From an uncultured Planctomycetota bacterium (lineage in GTDB: Bacteria; Planctomycetota; JACOTG01; JAUIME01): a stretch of 64,000 nucleotides of DNA. Position 1 is the stretch's first letter, and every line of letters starts with the position of its first letter. The position numbers and the translations under genes were made by a program. Below, piece after piece: positions 27,996-37,128 of the stretch. The notes beneath the pieces are model-generated. The model was not told the origin of the DNA, did no database searches, and was given only the letters and a program-made list of their open reading frames with translations. The stretch lies in NCBI GenBank assembly GCA_964597885.1, contig CAZQZX010000008.1, positions 576 to 64,575 on the forward strand, given 5' to 3'.

Positions 27996-30900
27996 TTGAG
28001 TCCCCGCCGTCATGTCATTCTCTCCCTTTCTCTTGCCGCGCTGCTTCTGCTGTGTGGTCCGGTCTCCGGACAGACGCAGTTCGACGATTACACGATCCCG
28101 CCCTTCGCGTACGACAACGTCCAGGGCGAGTGGGTCAACCTCGAGACGCAGCTGATCAAGCCGATCCTCGTCACCGCGGACGGGCAATCGGTCGTGGTCG
28201 CCAATGACGCCGACAACCGCCTGGTCGTCCTCGATCCGACGCTCCAGACGGTCCGCGCCGAGGTCGTCCTCGGACAGGGAATCGCGGCGATCGCCGAGAA
28301 CCCGCTGATCCCGGGCGAGATCTGGGTCTCCGTGCGACACCAGTCCGCCGTCATGGTCGTGCGCGCCGGTCGCTGGGAAGTCACGCACGTGCTCCGGCCG
28401 CCGCTTCCGTCCACGGGCATCGGCGGCGCGGACTCGCCGGGCGGAATCGCGTTCGCCCAGGGCAAGGCGTTCGTGGTGGCGAGCACGTCCGACGAGCTGC
28501 AGGTCTACGACTCCGTCGACAAGATGCATCTCGACACGATCTCGCTGTCGCTCACCCACAACCAGCTCGAGACCGCGATGGCGCGACCGTACGCGGTCGT
28601 CGTGAACCCGCTGCTCGATGCGGAAGAGCTCTACGTGATCTCGCAGGTGTCGGGCAACCAGTCGATGCCGCTCTTCGCGCCGCAGGGGCCCGCCGACCTC
28701 GTGCTCGATCTCGACAACTTTCCCGGATTCTCGCTTCCGGACTTCGACATCATGACCGTCGATGCGGGAAGCCACGCCGTCCTCGGGCACAACTCGGACA
28801 TCGGGACGCTCCTGTTCGGCCTCGCGTTCCATCCGACCACCGGTGATCTCATCGTCGCGAACATGGAATCGAAGAGCGGCGACTTCATCGGGGAGGGCTC
28901 GTTCACCGACGGCAAGGTGGTGGACAACCGCCTCACCTTCGCGGCTCCCGGGAGCACGTCGCCGACGTACGTGAGCACCGAGCCGCCGACGACGTCGGAG
29001 GCGATCGTCATGCCGACCGACATCGCGATCGATTCGTTCGGTCGCGTGTACGTGGCCGGATACGCGTCGCGGAACATCGGCGTGTTCGACGCGAGCGGAA
29101 GCTCGCTCGGAGTGATCCCGACCGGAAGCGGGCCGCGCGGGCTCGCCTTCGACGCGGCGAGCGGACGGCTGTACTGCTTCAACCGTGCGGACGACTCGGT
29201 GTTCTCCTTCGACGTGTCGAACGCCGGAACGATTCCGGGCGAAGCGCTCCAGAAGCGCAAGCTTCCCGATCCGACCTACGACCGCGTTCGCATCGGCCGC
29301 AAGATCTTCCTCGATCCCACGAACTCGGGTGCGGGCACGACGGGATGCTTCTCGTGCCATCCCGACCTCCGCAAGGACGCGCTGACGTGGGATCTCTCGA
29401 AGTACTTCGAGACGAGTACCGAGCACACGTACTCCAACCTGCCGACGTTCAAGGATCGCAAGGGCCCGATGGTGACGCAGGACCTGCGCTCGCTCGAGGA
29501 CGTGCCGCCGTACCACTGGCGAGGCGAGCAGATGGACCTCGAGGCCTTCAACGGTGCGTTCCTCGACCTTCTCAAGGGCAACAAGCTCGGGGGGGCGGCG
29601 TTCGCGATGATGAAGGACTACCTGTTCAGCTCGGTCTACCCGCCGAACCCGAACCAGCAGCTCAACCGCGTCTTCACGCCGAGTGCCGATCAGGGGGTCA
29701 TCAACTACATGACGCTCAACTCGGACGGTTCGGAGGAGGCGCCGCAGACGTGCATCGATTGCCATGCGCTGCCGACCGGAAGCGACGCTTCGATGACCGA
29801 TGGCATACCCGTCCTCCCCGAGACGCCGCTCACCATCAAGACGGCGCAGCTCCGGGGCATGTGGACCAAGACGTTCAGCCGCACCAATATCGATGAGGTC
29901 AATCCGCCGAACTTCGATCTGGCGTCGGCCGGCGTGACGCCGGTGACCGGAAGCGGCTTCTTCCACTCGGGCATCGTCGACGACCTTCCCGAGTTCATCG
30001 ACGTCTTCTTCCAGGGCATCGAGCAGGACGAGCGCGACGACATCAAGAGCTTCATGGCCGAGTTCGATTCGGGGCTCGCGCCGGCGACGATGTACTCGGA
30101 GATGCTTTCGATCGACACGGTGGGCGCGACGCAGATCCCGTTCCTGATCGATCAGGCCAACAGCTCGAACTGCGACCTCGTCGCGATCGGCAAGCTCCGC
30201 CTGGGCGAAGGCTGGACGCGCGTGAGCTTGCTCTTCGACGCCGACCCGGCCGCGCAGGAGTTCATCGCGGACGATTCGACGCTGGGGCCGTTCACGTGGA
30301 CCCAGCTCGAGGGACTCGCCGGCAGCGGCGACGCGCAGCTTCTGGTGCTCGGCGTGCCGTTCTGGTCGGGAGAGCGCATCGCACTCGATCGAGACCGTGA
30401 CGGCATCTACAACCGAGACGAGCTCGCGTTCCCGGACGGGCCGCTCTCGCCGGTCAACCCGGATACGGACGGTGACGGCATGTGGGACGGGTACGATCCG
30501 CAGCCGCTTCTCAACCCGAACACGATCCAGAAGGTCGGGGCGCCGACGCCGAGCACGCCGCAGGAGATCTTCGCGACGACAAACTCGCTGAAGCTGAGCT
30601 TCACGACCGACGAGCTCGCACTCGTGCGGATCGAGTACGGCCTGACGACGAGCTACGGCACGATCGTCGGCGATCCGTTCCCGGCGGCGGGCTCGCTTTC
30701 GGATCGTCCTACGAACCACTGGAAGACGAAGCACACCGGATTCCTGCGGCTCCTCCAGGACGGGCAGCCGTACCACTTCCGGATCCACACGCTCGGCCAG
30801 AACGGCGAGACGGCCGTCACGGACGACATGGTGACGACGTCGTTCCTGCAGGATCGCTTCGACAACGCGCGCATCGTCTCGATGGATCTGACCGGCGAGC

Positions 30901-31229
30901 GTTCCGGAGCGCTGGTGACGTACACGGCCACCGTGGTCGTGGAAGACAATCAGGGCAACACCATCACCGATGCGACGGTGAGCGGGCGTTTGACGACCTA
31001 CGACGGCAGCGACATCGGCACGCAGACCGTGGTGCAGGCGTCCACGGCGAGCGGCTCCGCCGTGATCGTGTTCCCGCCGGTTCTCCACGCCGCGGGCGAC
31101 AACGTCGTCTTCGACGTGCCGATGACGGTGGACATCGCCGGTGAGCCGACGACCGGAATCGTCATGGACTCCGAGATGTTCTTCGCCTGGCCGGAAGGTC
31201 CGAGCATGGTGATGGACATCGCTCCCTAG
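27996..31229 (+). CDS. Secreted YVTN/YncE beta-propeller + di-heme cytochrome c peroxidase (bCcP/MauG superfamily) + Ca-binding repeats + FN3-like domain
   Basis: TTG 27996 after AGGAGG; signal peptide; propeller repeats (PTDIAID, GPRGLAFD); CFSCH and CIDCH heme motifs; DRDRDG/DTDGDG repeats; SFTTDE...IEYG...YHFRI. Confidence 0.85.
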   Translation: MSPRRHVILSLSLAALLLLCGPVSGQTQFDDYTIPPFAYDNVQGEWVNLETQLIKPILVTADGQSVVVANDADNRLVVLDPTLQTVRAEVVLGQGIAAIAENPLIPGEIWVSVRHQSAVMVVRAGRWEVTHVLRPPLPSTGIGGADSPGGIAFAQGKAFVVASTSDELQVYDSVDKMHLDTISLSLTHNQLETAMARPYAVVVNPLLDAEELYVISQVSGNQSMPLFAPQGPADLVLDLDNFPGFSLPDFDIMTVDAGSHAVLGHNSDIGTLLFGLAFHPTTGDLIVANMESKSGDFIGEGSFTDGKVVDNRLTFAAPGSTSPTYVSTEPPTTSEAIVMPTDIAIDSFGRVYVAGYASRNIGVFDASGSSLGVIPTGSGPRGLAFDAASGRLYCFNRADDSVFSFDVSNAGTIPGEALQKRKLPDPTYDRVRIGRKIFLDPTNSGAGTTGCFSCHPDLRKDALTWDLSKYFETSTEHTYSNLPTFKDRKGPMVTQDLRSLEDVPPYHWRGEQMDLEAFNGAFLDLLKGNKLGGAAFAMMKDYLFSSVYPPNPNQQLNRVFTPSADQGVINYMTLNSDGSEEAPQTCIDCHALPTGSDASMTDGIPVLPETPLTIKTAQLRGMWTKTFSRTNIDEVNPPNFDLASAGVTPVTGSGFFHSGIVDDLPEFIDVFFQGIEQDERDDIKSFMAEFDSGLAPATMYSEMLSIDTVGATQIPFLIDQANSSNCDLVAIGKLRLGEGWTRVSLLFDADPAAQEFIADDSTLGPFTWTQLEGLAGSGDAQLLVLGVPFWSGERIALDRDRDGIYNRDELAFPDGPLSPVNPDTDGDGMWDGYDPQPLLNPNTIQKVGAPTPSTPQEIFATTNSLKLSFTTDELALVRIEYGLTTSYGTIVGDPFPAAGSLSDRPTNHWKTKHTGFLRLLQDGQPYHFRIHTLGQNGETAVTDDMVTTSFLQDRFDNARIVSMDLTGERSGALVTYTATVVVEDNQGNTITDATVSGRLTTYDGSDIGTQTVVQASTASGSAVIVFPPVLHAAGDNVVFDVPMTVDIAGEPTTGIVMDSEMFFAWPEGPSMVMDIAP

Positions 31230-31263
31230 ATCCGGACACCGGATCGAACACGCGTACGACCCG

Positions 31264-31305
31264 GCCACGGCCGCGGCGCGCTCGACGCCCGCGGCCGTGG
31301 CTTTT
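31264..31305 (+). terminator. Intrinsic terminator
   Basis: GCCACGGCCGCG / CGCGGCCGTGGC perfect 12-bp stem followed by TTTT. Confidence 0.75.
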
Positions 31306-31322
31306 CTCATGCCGGCGCCAGG

Positions 31323-31346
31323 CTCCTGACAGGATGCTGTCAGGAG
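31323..31346. promoter_or_regulatory. Perfect inverted repeat CTCCTGACAG-N4-CTGTCAGGAG (candidate operator)
   Basis: 10-bp arms, 60 nt upstream of the DinB-family ATG, no T-tail. Confidence 0.55.
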
Positions 31347-31405
31347 GGGCCTGGTACAAAGTCTCCACGTGAATCGGAACTGAATCGCGAACCAGGAGAC
31401 TCGCC

Positions 31406-31918
31406 ATGACCCCAAGCCTCGCCACCGCCATCATCCGAGACTTCGAGCCCGAAGCGGCCAAGTCGAAGTCCGTCCTCGCCGCCGTCCCCGAGTCGAAGTT
31501 CGATTGGAAGCCCCACGAGAAGTCGATGACGCTCCGCGAGCTGGCCGCGCATGTAGCCGAAGCCCCGATGTGGCTCCACAGCATGCTCGAGGGAGACGAG
31601 ATGGACTTCGAAGGTATGGAGGAGACGTACAAGCCCTTCGCGCCGAAGAGCCACACCGAGCTGATGGAAGCCCACGACGCGAACGTCAAAGCGTTCTGTG
31701 AGGGCCTTGCCGGACAGGAGGACGAATTTCTCCTGCGGGACTGGACGATGCGCAAGGGCGAGAAGATCCTGATGAAATCGGCGCGAACGCAGATCATCCG
31801 CGAGATCATGATCCACCACGTCGCGCATCACCGCGGGCAGCTGACCGTGTATCTGCGGCTGCTGGATGTCCCCGTGCCGGCCACGTACGGGCCTTCGGCG
31901 GACGACAACCCCTTCTAG
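31406..31918 (+). CDS. DinB/YfiT-family protein
   Basis: FDWKPHEKSMTLRELAAHVA and IHHVAHHRGQLTVYLRLLDVPVPATYGPSAD. Confidence 0.92.
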   Translation: MTPSLATAIIRDFEPEAAKSKSVLAAVPESKFDWKPHEKSMTLRELAAHVAEAPMWLHSMLEGDEMDFEGMEETYKPFAPKSHTELMEAHDANVKAFCEGLAGQEDEFLLRDWTMRKGEKILMKSARTQIIREIMIHHVAHHRGQLTVYLRLLDVPVPATYGPSADDNPF

Positions 31919-32754
31919 CGCGAGCCGAAGGGGGCGTCCGAGTTCTCGTCCCGGGGCAGCGCCTCGAAAATCAGGCTCGCGCACGTGAGTCCCGCTTCGG
32001 CTTTCGCGAGCTCGGAATACGGAGTCGTCTCGATCCGGAAGCCGTGTTCGCGGAGCATCGAAGCGGTGCGCGGATGCTCTTCCGGCACGAGAACGCTCCC
32101 GGGGAGGGCGAGTGTGTTCGCGGCGAACGGTTCCGAACCGGGCACGGTGAGCGCGCGGTACGTGCCGAAGACGCCATCCTCGTGAAGAGCTTCGGCCTCG
32201 ATCCATTCGGGATTGACGAGGAGCGTCTCCTCGTCGAGCGCGGTCGCGGCGGTCTTCAGGTGGAGGGCGCCTTTCACGGGTACGGAGATGACGTCGTACC
32301 CGTGGGGCGCGACGAGGCGTTCCAGGGCCGAGACGCCCGCAGCGTCCGTTCGGGATGAGCGGCCGACGTAGAGGCGGCGCCCGATCCGCAGCACGTCGCC
32401 GCCATCGAGCGGCTCGTCCGCCTCCATCCGAACGACGTCGCGCCAGGCGCCGAGGAGAGGGACGATCGATTCGGTCTCACCCCGCCTCGACTCGGCCCCG
32501 GGATTCGTCACGACCGCGATCTCGTCGAGGACCACCGCGACGTCTTCGACGAACACCGCGTCCGGGAAGCCGGCGAGAGGCGGCAGCGTGACCACCGCGG
32601 CCCCGAGCTTGGTGAGCGCGTCGCGGTAGGCGCGGTGCTGCTCGCGCGCGCGCGGCACGTCGATCGTCGCGCGTTCGAGGTGGGTCAGGGCGCATCGATC
32701 GAGGTCGTCCCCCGGCTCGCGGACGACGGCGACGAGTGGATTCTCGAGCTTCAC
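31915..32754 (-). CDS. ddaH: Dimethylarginine dimethylaminohydrolase (amidinotransferase superfamily)
   Basis: FPDAVFVEDVAV, GAESRRGE, LDGGDVL, ALHLKTA, ELAKAEAGLTCAS (catalytic Cys). Confidence 0.9.
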   Translation of the reverse strand: MKLENPLVAVVREPGDDLDRCALTHLERATIDVPRAREQHRAYRDALTKLGAAVVTLPPLAGFPDAVFVEDVAVVLDEIAVVTNPGAESRRGETESIVPLLGAWRDVVRMEADEPLDGGDVLRIGRRLYVGRSSRTDAAGVSALERLVAPHGYDVISVPVKGALHLKTAATALDEETLLVNPEWIEAEALHEDGVFGTYRALTVPGSEPFAANTLALPGSVLVPEEHPRTASMLREHGFRIETTPYSELAKAEAGLTCASLIFEALPRDENSDAPFGSR

Positions 32755-32772
32755 CGAAGGATCTCGCTGCGA

Positions 32773-34011
32773 TCAGAAGAGGACGAATCCGAACACGCCG
32801 AGGAACAGGAGGAACGTCAGGACGAGGATGACGTTCGTGGCGGCGCGGTTGCGGTGCTCGCGGCCGACGTGTCGCGACGGGCCGTTCAGGATCAGCAGGA
32901 CGAGGGCGAGCATCGGCAGGAACAGGGCGCCGGTGATCGCGTACGTGCGCTGCATGTTGGCGAAGCCGATCCACAGGCCGAGCGTCGAGAGCGTCGGCAT
33001 CGCGACGAGGACCCATCGGTAGACGCTGGAGCTCGCGTCGGCGCGCGCCGGCCATTGGCCCGAGGCGTCACGGCCGCGGATGAGTCGCGCCAGGTCGGCG
33101 AAGAGGTAGGGCACGGCCTGCCAGACGCCGAGCAGGCTGCTCGCCACCGCGCCCCAGGCTCCGGCGAGGAACAGCGCGCGGCCGACCGGGCCGAGCTCTT
33201 CGCCGAGCCGGTCCGACAGCGAGACGATCAGCCCGACCCCGCGGCCCTCGACCGCGATCGTGCTTCCGACGATGACCATCGCGATGCCGAACAGAGCCGT
33301 CACCGCGTAGCCCACGGCGAGATCGATCCGGCAGGCGGCGAGGTTGCCGATGGACGCGCGTCCTTCTTCCCGGATCCAGTATCCGTAGGAGAGCACCGTC
33401 ACCGTGCCACCGACGCCTCCCATCAGGGCGATCGTCCACTCGAGCCCGCCGCTGTCGAGCTTCGGGATCGCGGGAACGACCAGCCCTCGTGCGACCTCGC
33501 CGAGATCGGGACCGATCCGAGCGGCGGTGAAGACGACAGTGACGAACATGAGCGCGATGCAGGCGCCCATCACCTTCTCGAAGAGCTTGTATCCGCCGAT
33601 CCGCACGAGCACGATCCCGACCGCGCCGTGCAGGACGCCGTAGAGGATCTTGTCGCTCGCGGCGTCGCCGATCGGCAGGATCGCATGGGCCGTGGCCCCG
33701 CACGCCCCCATCAGCGCGGCCGCGACGAAGAAGGTCCACGGCAGGAGATACAGCAGGAAGAAGAGGCCGACCGGCCGGCCGAGATTCCCGACGGCGCCCT
33801 CGAGGAGCGTCTCGCCGGTGACGAGCTGCCAGCGCGCGAGCCCTTCGCTCAGGACGAACTTCACGAACGCGCCGACGACGACGGCCCAGAGGACGGCCGT
33901 ACCGAGGGCGGCCCCCGTGAAGGCGCCCGTCGCCAGGTCTCCGGCCCCCACGCCCGTGGCCGCCACGAGGATCCCGGGGCCCAGCATCGATAGCCACCGC
34001 CCGTTTCGCAT
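32773..34011 (-). CDS. Nramp-family divalent metal transporter (YcsG-like)
   Basis: GPGILVAATGVGAGDL, LSEGLARWQLVTGETLLEG, GGVGGTVTVLSYGYW; about 11 TMs. Confidence 0.85.
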   Translation of the reverse strand: MRNGRWLSMLGPGILVAATGVGAGDLATGAFTGAALGTAVLWAVVVGAFVKFVLSEGLARWQLVTGETLLEGAVGNLGRPVGLFFLLYLLPWTFFVAAALMGACGATAHAILPIGDAASDKILYGVLHGAVGIVLVRIGGYKLFEKVMGACIALMFVTVVFTAARIGPDLGEVARGLVVPAIPKLDSGGLEWTIALMGGVGGTVTVLSYGYWIREEGRASIGNLAACRIDLAVGYAVTALFGIAMVIVGSTIAVEGRGVGLIVSLSDRLGEELGPVGRALFLAGAWGAVASSLLGVWQAVPYLFADLARLIRGRDASGQWPARADASSSVYRWVLVAMPTLSTLGLWIGFANMQRTYAITGALFLPMLALVLLILNGPSRHVGREHRNRAATNVILVLTFLLFLGVFGFVLF

Positions 34012-34223
34012 GGCGGCATTCTGCCAAACGAAAGGGGGTGGGGCACGCCTGCAACTCCGGAAACCGTCCGGGATTCCGTTTTCGGGCCGTCGCCGGGCAC
34101 GGTTCTCCTTCAGATCGTGCCCCGAGAGGTTCGATCAGAGAACTCGGACGAAACCACGATCGCGCGACGTCCGTCGGCCCCCGGGGGGTGGGGATTCGCG
34201 CGGCATCGACCATAAGGAAGGGC

Positions 34224-37124
34224 ATGCACCGTATCTGGAGGGTGGTACTCGAGCCGGCGCTGTCGATCGTCTCGCCACGAATCGTGGTCGAGACCGGCTG
34301 CGATGGTGCGGAGATCCACCGATGCCTTCTCGACTTCTGCCAGGCCGCCGAGGCGACGCTCCACAGCGTCGAGGACCTCGACGACGCCCTGGATGACGCG
34401 CCCACCGTCGACGCCATCCTGGTGGCGTCCCCGGGCAGCTGGCACCGAACCTCGACGCTTCTCGAGCGAATCGACGAGTGGCGTCGTGAGCAGGGCCGAT
34501 CGTTCCCGTTCCTCATGCTGCGCGGCGCACGCCGCACACGCTTCGACGTGACCGCCAACGGCACGCGCATGGTGGAGTCGGGTGTGGCGGGGGCGATCGA
34601 GTCCTTCGTCGCTTCGACGAACGGCGAGCTCGAGAGCGTGCTCGTGCCGGCGCTCGAAGGCGTCGGCTTCGTCTTCCCGGCCGCGCTCCGCAAGGAGCTT
34701 CCCGATCTCGGCGATCACTTCCGGTCGCTCGAGTTTCTCGCGGACATGGAGACGGAGGAGCAGGAACGCCTCGAGGCCGATCGCATGGCCCTCGACGTGC
34801 GCGAGGAAGAATCGCTCCGACTACGACGCGAACGCGAGGACGTCGAGGTCTGGTTCGAAGAGCTGGCCGGCAGTACGCGAAAGATCCTCAACTCGCGTCG
34901 CTGGAAGATGGGGAACGCCGTCGCGGAGCTGCGCCGGCGAATCCTCCTGAAACGCCGAGCTTTCCGCGAGCATTTCGATACGCGGCTCACCATCGATCAG
35001 TTCCGCGCGTGGCGCCGCGGCGAGCGTGACATCCCGAAGAGCTTGCGCACGGCCGGTCTCGGCATGCGATCGGGTGAGCCGGAGCTTCGCGAGATCGCTC
35101 CCGGCGATCCGCTCGAAGGCGTCAGCGTCGACGTGGTCGTGTGCGTGCACAACGCGCTCGCCGAGACGCAGGAATGTCTCGCGTCGGTCGTCGAGAGCCG
35201 GGTGCCGGAAGCGCATCGCCTGCTCATCGTCAACGACGGTTCGGACGGAACGACCACGGAGTGGCTGCGCGGCTTCGCGGAGGAGTATCCGCACGTCGAC
35301 CTCATCGAGGTCGAGGAGGCCGAAGGCTATACCAAGGCGGCGAACCGCGGCTTGCGAGAGTCGGCGGCGGACTGGGTCGTCCTTCTGAACAGCGACACGG
35401 TCGTTCCGGCGGGCTGGCTCGAGAAGATCCTCGAGTGCGGCGACAGCGATCCTCGGATCGGGATCGTCGGGCCGCTGTCGAACGCCGCGAGCTGGCAATC
35501 GGTTCCCAACCTGCACCGTGGCGGGCGATGGGCGGTCAACTCCATGCCCTTCCCGGACAGCGTCGAAGACACCGACGAGCTCGTGGATTGGCTCTCGCCA
35601 CGGCAGTTCCCGCGCATGCCGTTCCTGAACGGGTTCTGCTACGCGATCAAGCGGAAGGTCCTGCAGAGCGTGGGTTACCTCGATGAGGCGACCTTCCCCA
35701 AGGGCTACGGCGAGGAAGACGATTACTCGATCCGCGCGCGAGAAGAAGGGCACATGCTCGCGGTGGCGGATCATCTCTTCGTGTATCACGCGAAGTCGAA
35801 GAGCTTCGGTGCCGAGAAGCGAGACTCGCTGTCGCTGGCCGGACAGCGAGTGCTGAAGCGTCGGTACGGCGAAGCCCGTCTGCTCCGAGACGCCAAGGAA
35901 GCGCGCGACAACCGTGCGCTCCGCCGCATGCGCCGGCGCGTCCGACGCGCCGTCGAGTCGCTGAAGTTCGATCTCGCACCGGGGACGACGGGGCAGCAGG
36001 GCACGCCCGCGAAGATCCCCGGCATCCCGGAGACCCCCGCGAGGCTGCCGGCGACGGCGCGCGATCTCTCGCTCGCGTTCGTCGTCCCGAGCCTGCGCGT
36101 CGGTGAAGAGGAGCGAGGTCTGGTCGAGCTCGCGAATGAGATGGTGCGGCTCGGGATCGAGGCTCGCATCGTCACGCAGGAACGAGATCCCGAGACGGCC
36201 GACTGGAGCTTCGCGCGCGAGCCGCTGGTGCTGCCGTCCGAGGAACGCCTTCGCGCGATGTTCCCGGCGGTCGACGTCGCGGTCGCGACGGATGCGGAAT
36301 CGGTGGAGTGCGTGGCCGAGCGCGTCCTCGAGGGCCGGGTGCCTCACGGCGTGCAGCTGCTCGCGGGCTACGAAGTGTGGAACCACGTCCGGCAGGACGA
36401 AGCGCCGGTCGATCGCATCGTCGCGAGCTACGATCGGTTGCCCACGAAGATCGTGCTGTCGAACTGGCTCGCCTCGCGACTGGCCTCACACGGCCACGAC
36501 GACGCGATCCGGCTTCCGGCGGGAATCGATCTCGAAATGTTCTACCCGAGGATCCTGAACCGTCGGCCGGCTGCGGTTGCGGGCGAACGGCCCCCGGTGG
36601 TCCTCGCTCACATGCGGCCCGAGCGCGCTCGGTACGGGTTCGTCCACGGCATCGAGACGCTGCGCGCGCTCAGTCACGCGATTCCGACCGCGGAGATCGT
36701 CCTGTTCGGCGCCGATCTCGCCAGTTATCGGATTCCGTTCGAGTATCGCGGCGAAGGGATCGTGTCGGACCCGAATCAGCTCGCGGAGCTGTTCTCGGAA
36801 GCTTCCGTCTTCGTCGATCCGGCGTGCTTCCTCGGGTCGGGGCGCATGGCGCTCGAGGCCATGGCGTGCGGCGTTCCGTGCGTGCTTCCCTCGGCGGGCG
36901 GGGTGCACGAGATCGCGCGCGATGGAGAGAACGCGGTGCTCGTCACACCGAATCGTCCGGAGGAACGGCTCGCGGCCATCCTTCGCCTGCTTCGCGACGA
37001 GCCTCTCGCCGAGTCGCTGCGTCAGGAGGGCTTCCGCGTCGTGGAGCGCTTCGACGTGAAGGACATGGCGCGTCGCCTGGCGGCCGAGCTCGGTCGCCAC
37101 GTCGGGACCGCGATCGGGTCGTAG
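34224..37124 (+). CDS. Multidomain glycosyltransferase (degenerate methyltransferase-like N-terminus + GT2 + GT4)
   Basis: GT2 VDVVVCVHNA, LIVNDGS, LLNSDT, YGEEDDYS; GT4-like FSEASVFVDP...GRMALEAMACGVP; ATG 34224 after AAGGAAGG. Confidence 0.87.
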   Translation: MHRIWRVVLEPALSIVSPRIVVETGCDGAEIHRCLLDFCQAAEATLHSVEDLDDALDDAPTVDAILVASPGSWHRTSTLLERIDEWRREQGRSFPFLMLRGARRTRFDVTANGTRMVESGVAGAIESFVASTNGELESVLVPALEGVGFVFPAALRKELPDLGDHFRSLEFLADMETEEQERLEADRMALDVREEESLRLRREREDVEVWFEELAGSTRKILNSRRWKMGNAVAELRRRILLKRRAFREHFDTRLTIDQFRAWRRGERDIPKSLRTAGLGMRSGEPELREIAPGDPLEGVSVDVVVCVHNALAETQECLASVVESRVPEAHRLLIVNDGSDGTTTEWLRGFAEEYPHVDLIEVEEAEGYTKAANRGLRESAADWVVLLNSDTVVPAGWLEKILECGDSDPRIGIVGPLSNAASWQSVPNLHRGGRWAVNSMPFPDSVEDTDELVDWLSPRQFPRMPFLNGFCYAIKRKVLQSVGYLDEATFPKGYGEEDDYSIRAREEGHMLAVADHLFVYHAKSKSFGAEKRDSLSLAGQRVLKRRYGEARLLRDAKEARDNRALRRMRRRVRRAVESLKFDLAPGTTGQQGTPAKIPGIPETPARLPATARDLSLAFVVPSLRVGEEERGLVELANEMVRLGIEARIVTQERDPETADWSFAREPLVLPSEERLRAMFPAVDVAVATDAESVECVAERVLEGRVPHGVQLLAGYEVWNHVRQDEAPVDRIVASYDRLPTKIVLSNWLASRLASHGHDDAIRLPAGIDLEMFYPRILNRRPAAVAGERPPVVLAHMRPERARYGFVHGIETLRALSHAIPTAEIVLFGADLASYRIPFEYRGEGIVSDPNQLAELFSEASVFVDPACFLGSGRMALEAMACGVPCVLPSAGGVHEIARDGENAVLVTPNRPEERLAAILRLLRDEPLAESLRQEGFRVVERFDVKDMARRLAAELGRHVGTAIGS

Positions 37125-37128
37125 ATCG

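Noticed and set aside
34012-34223. Possible yybP-ykoY (Mn) riboswitch upstream of the Nramp gene
   Set aside because: No GGGGAGUAGC-type motif on the minus strand, and the gene appears leaderless.
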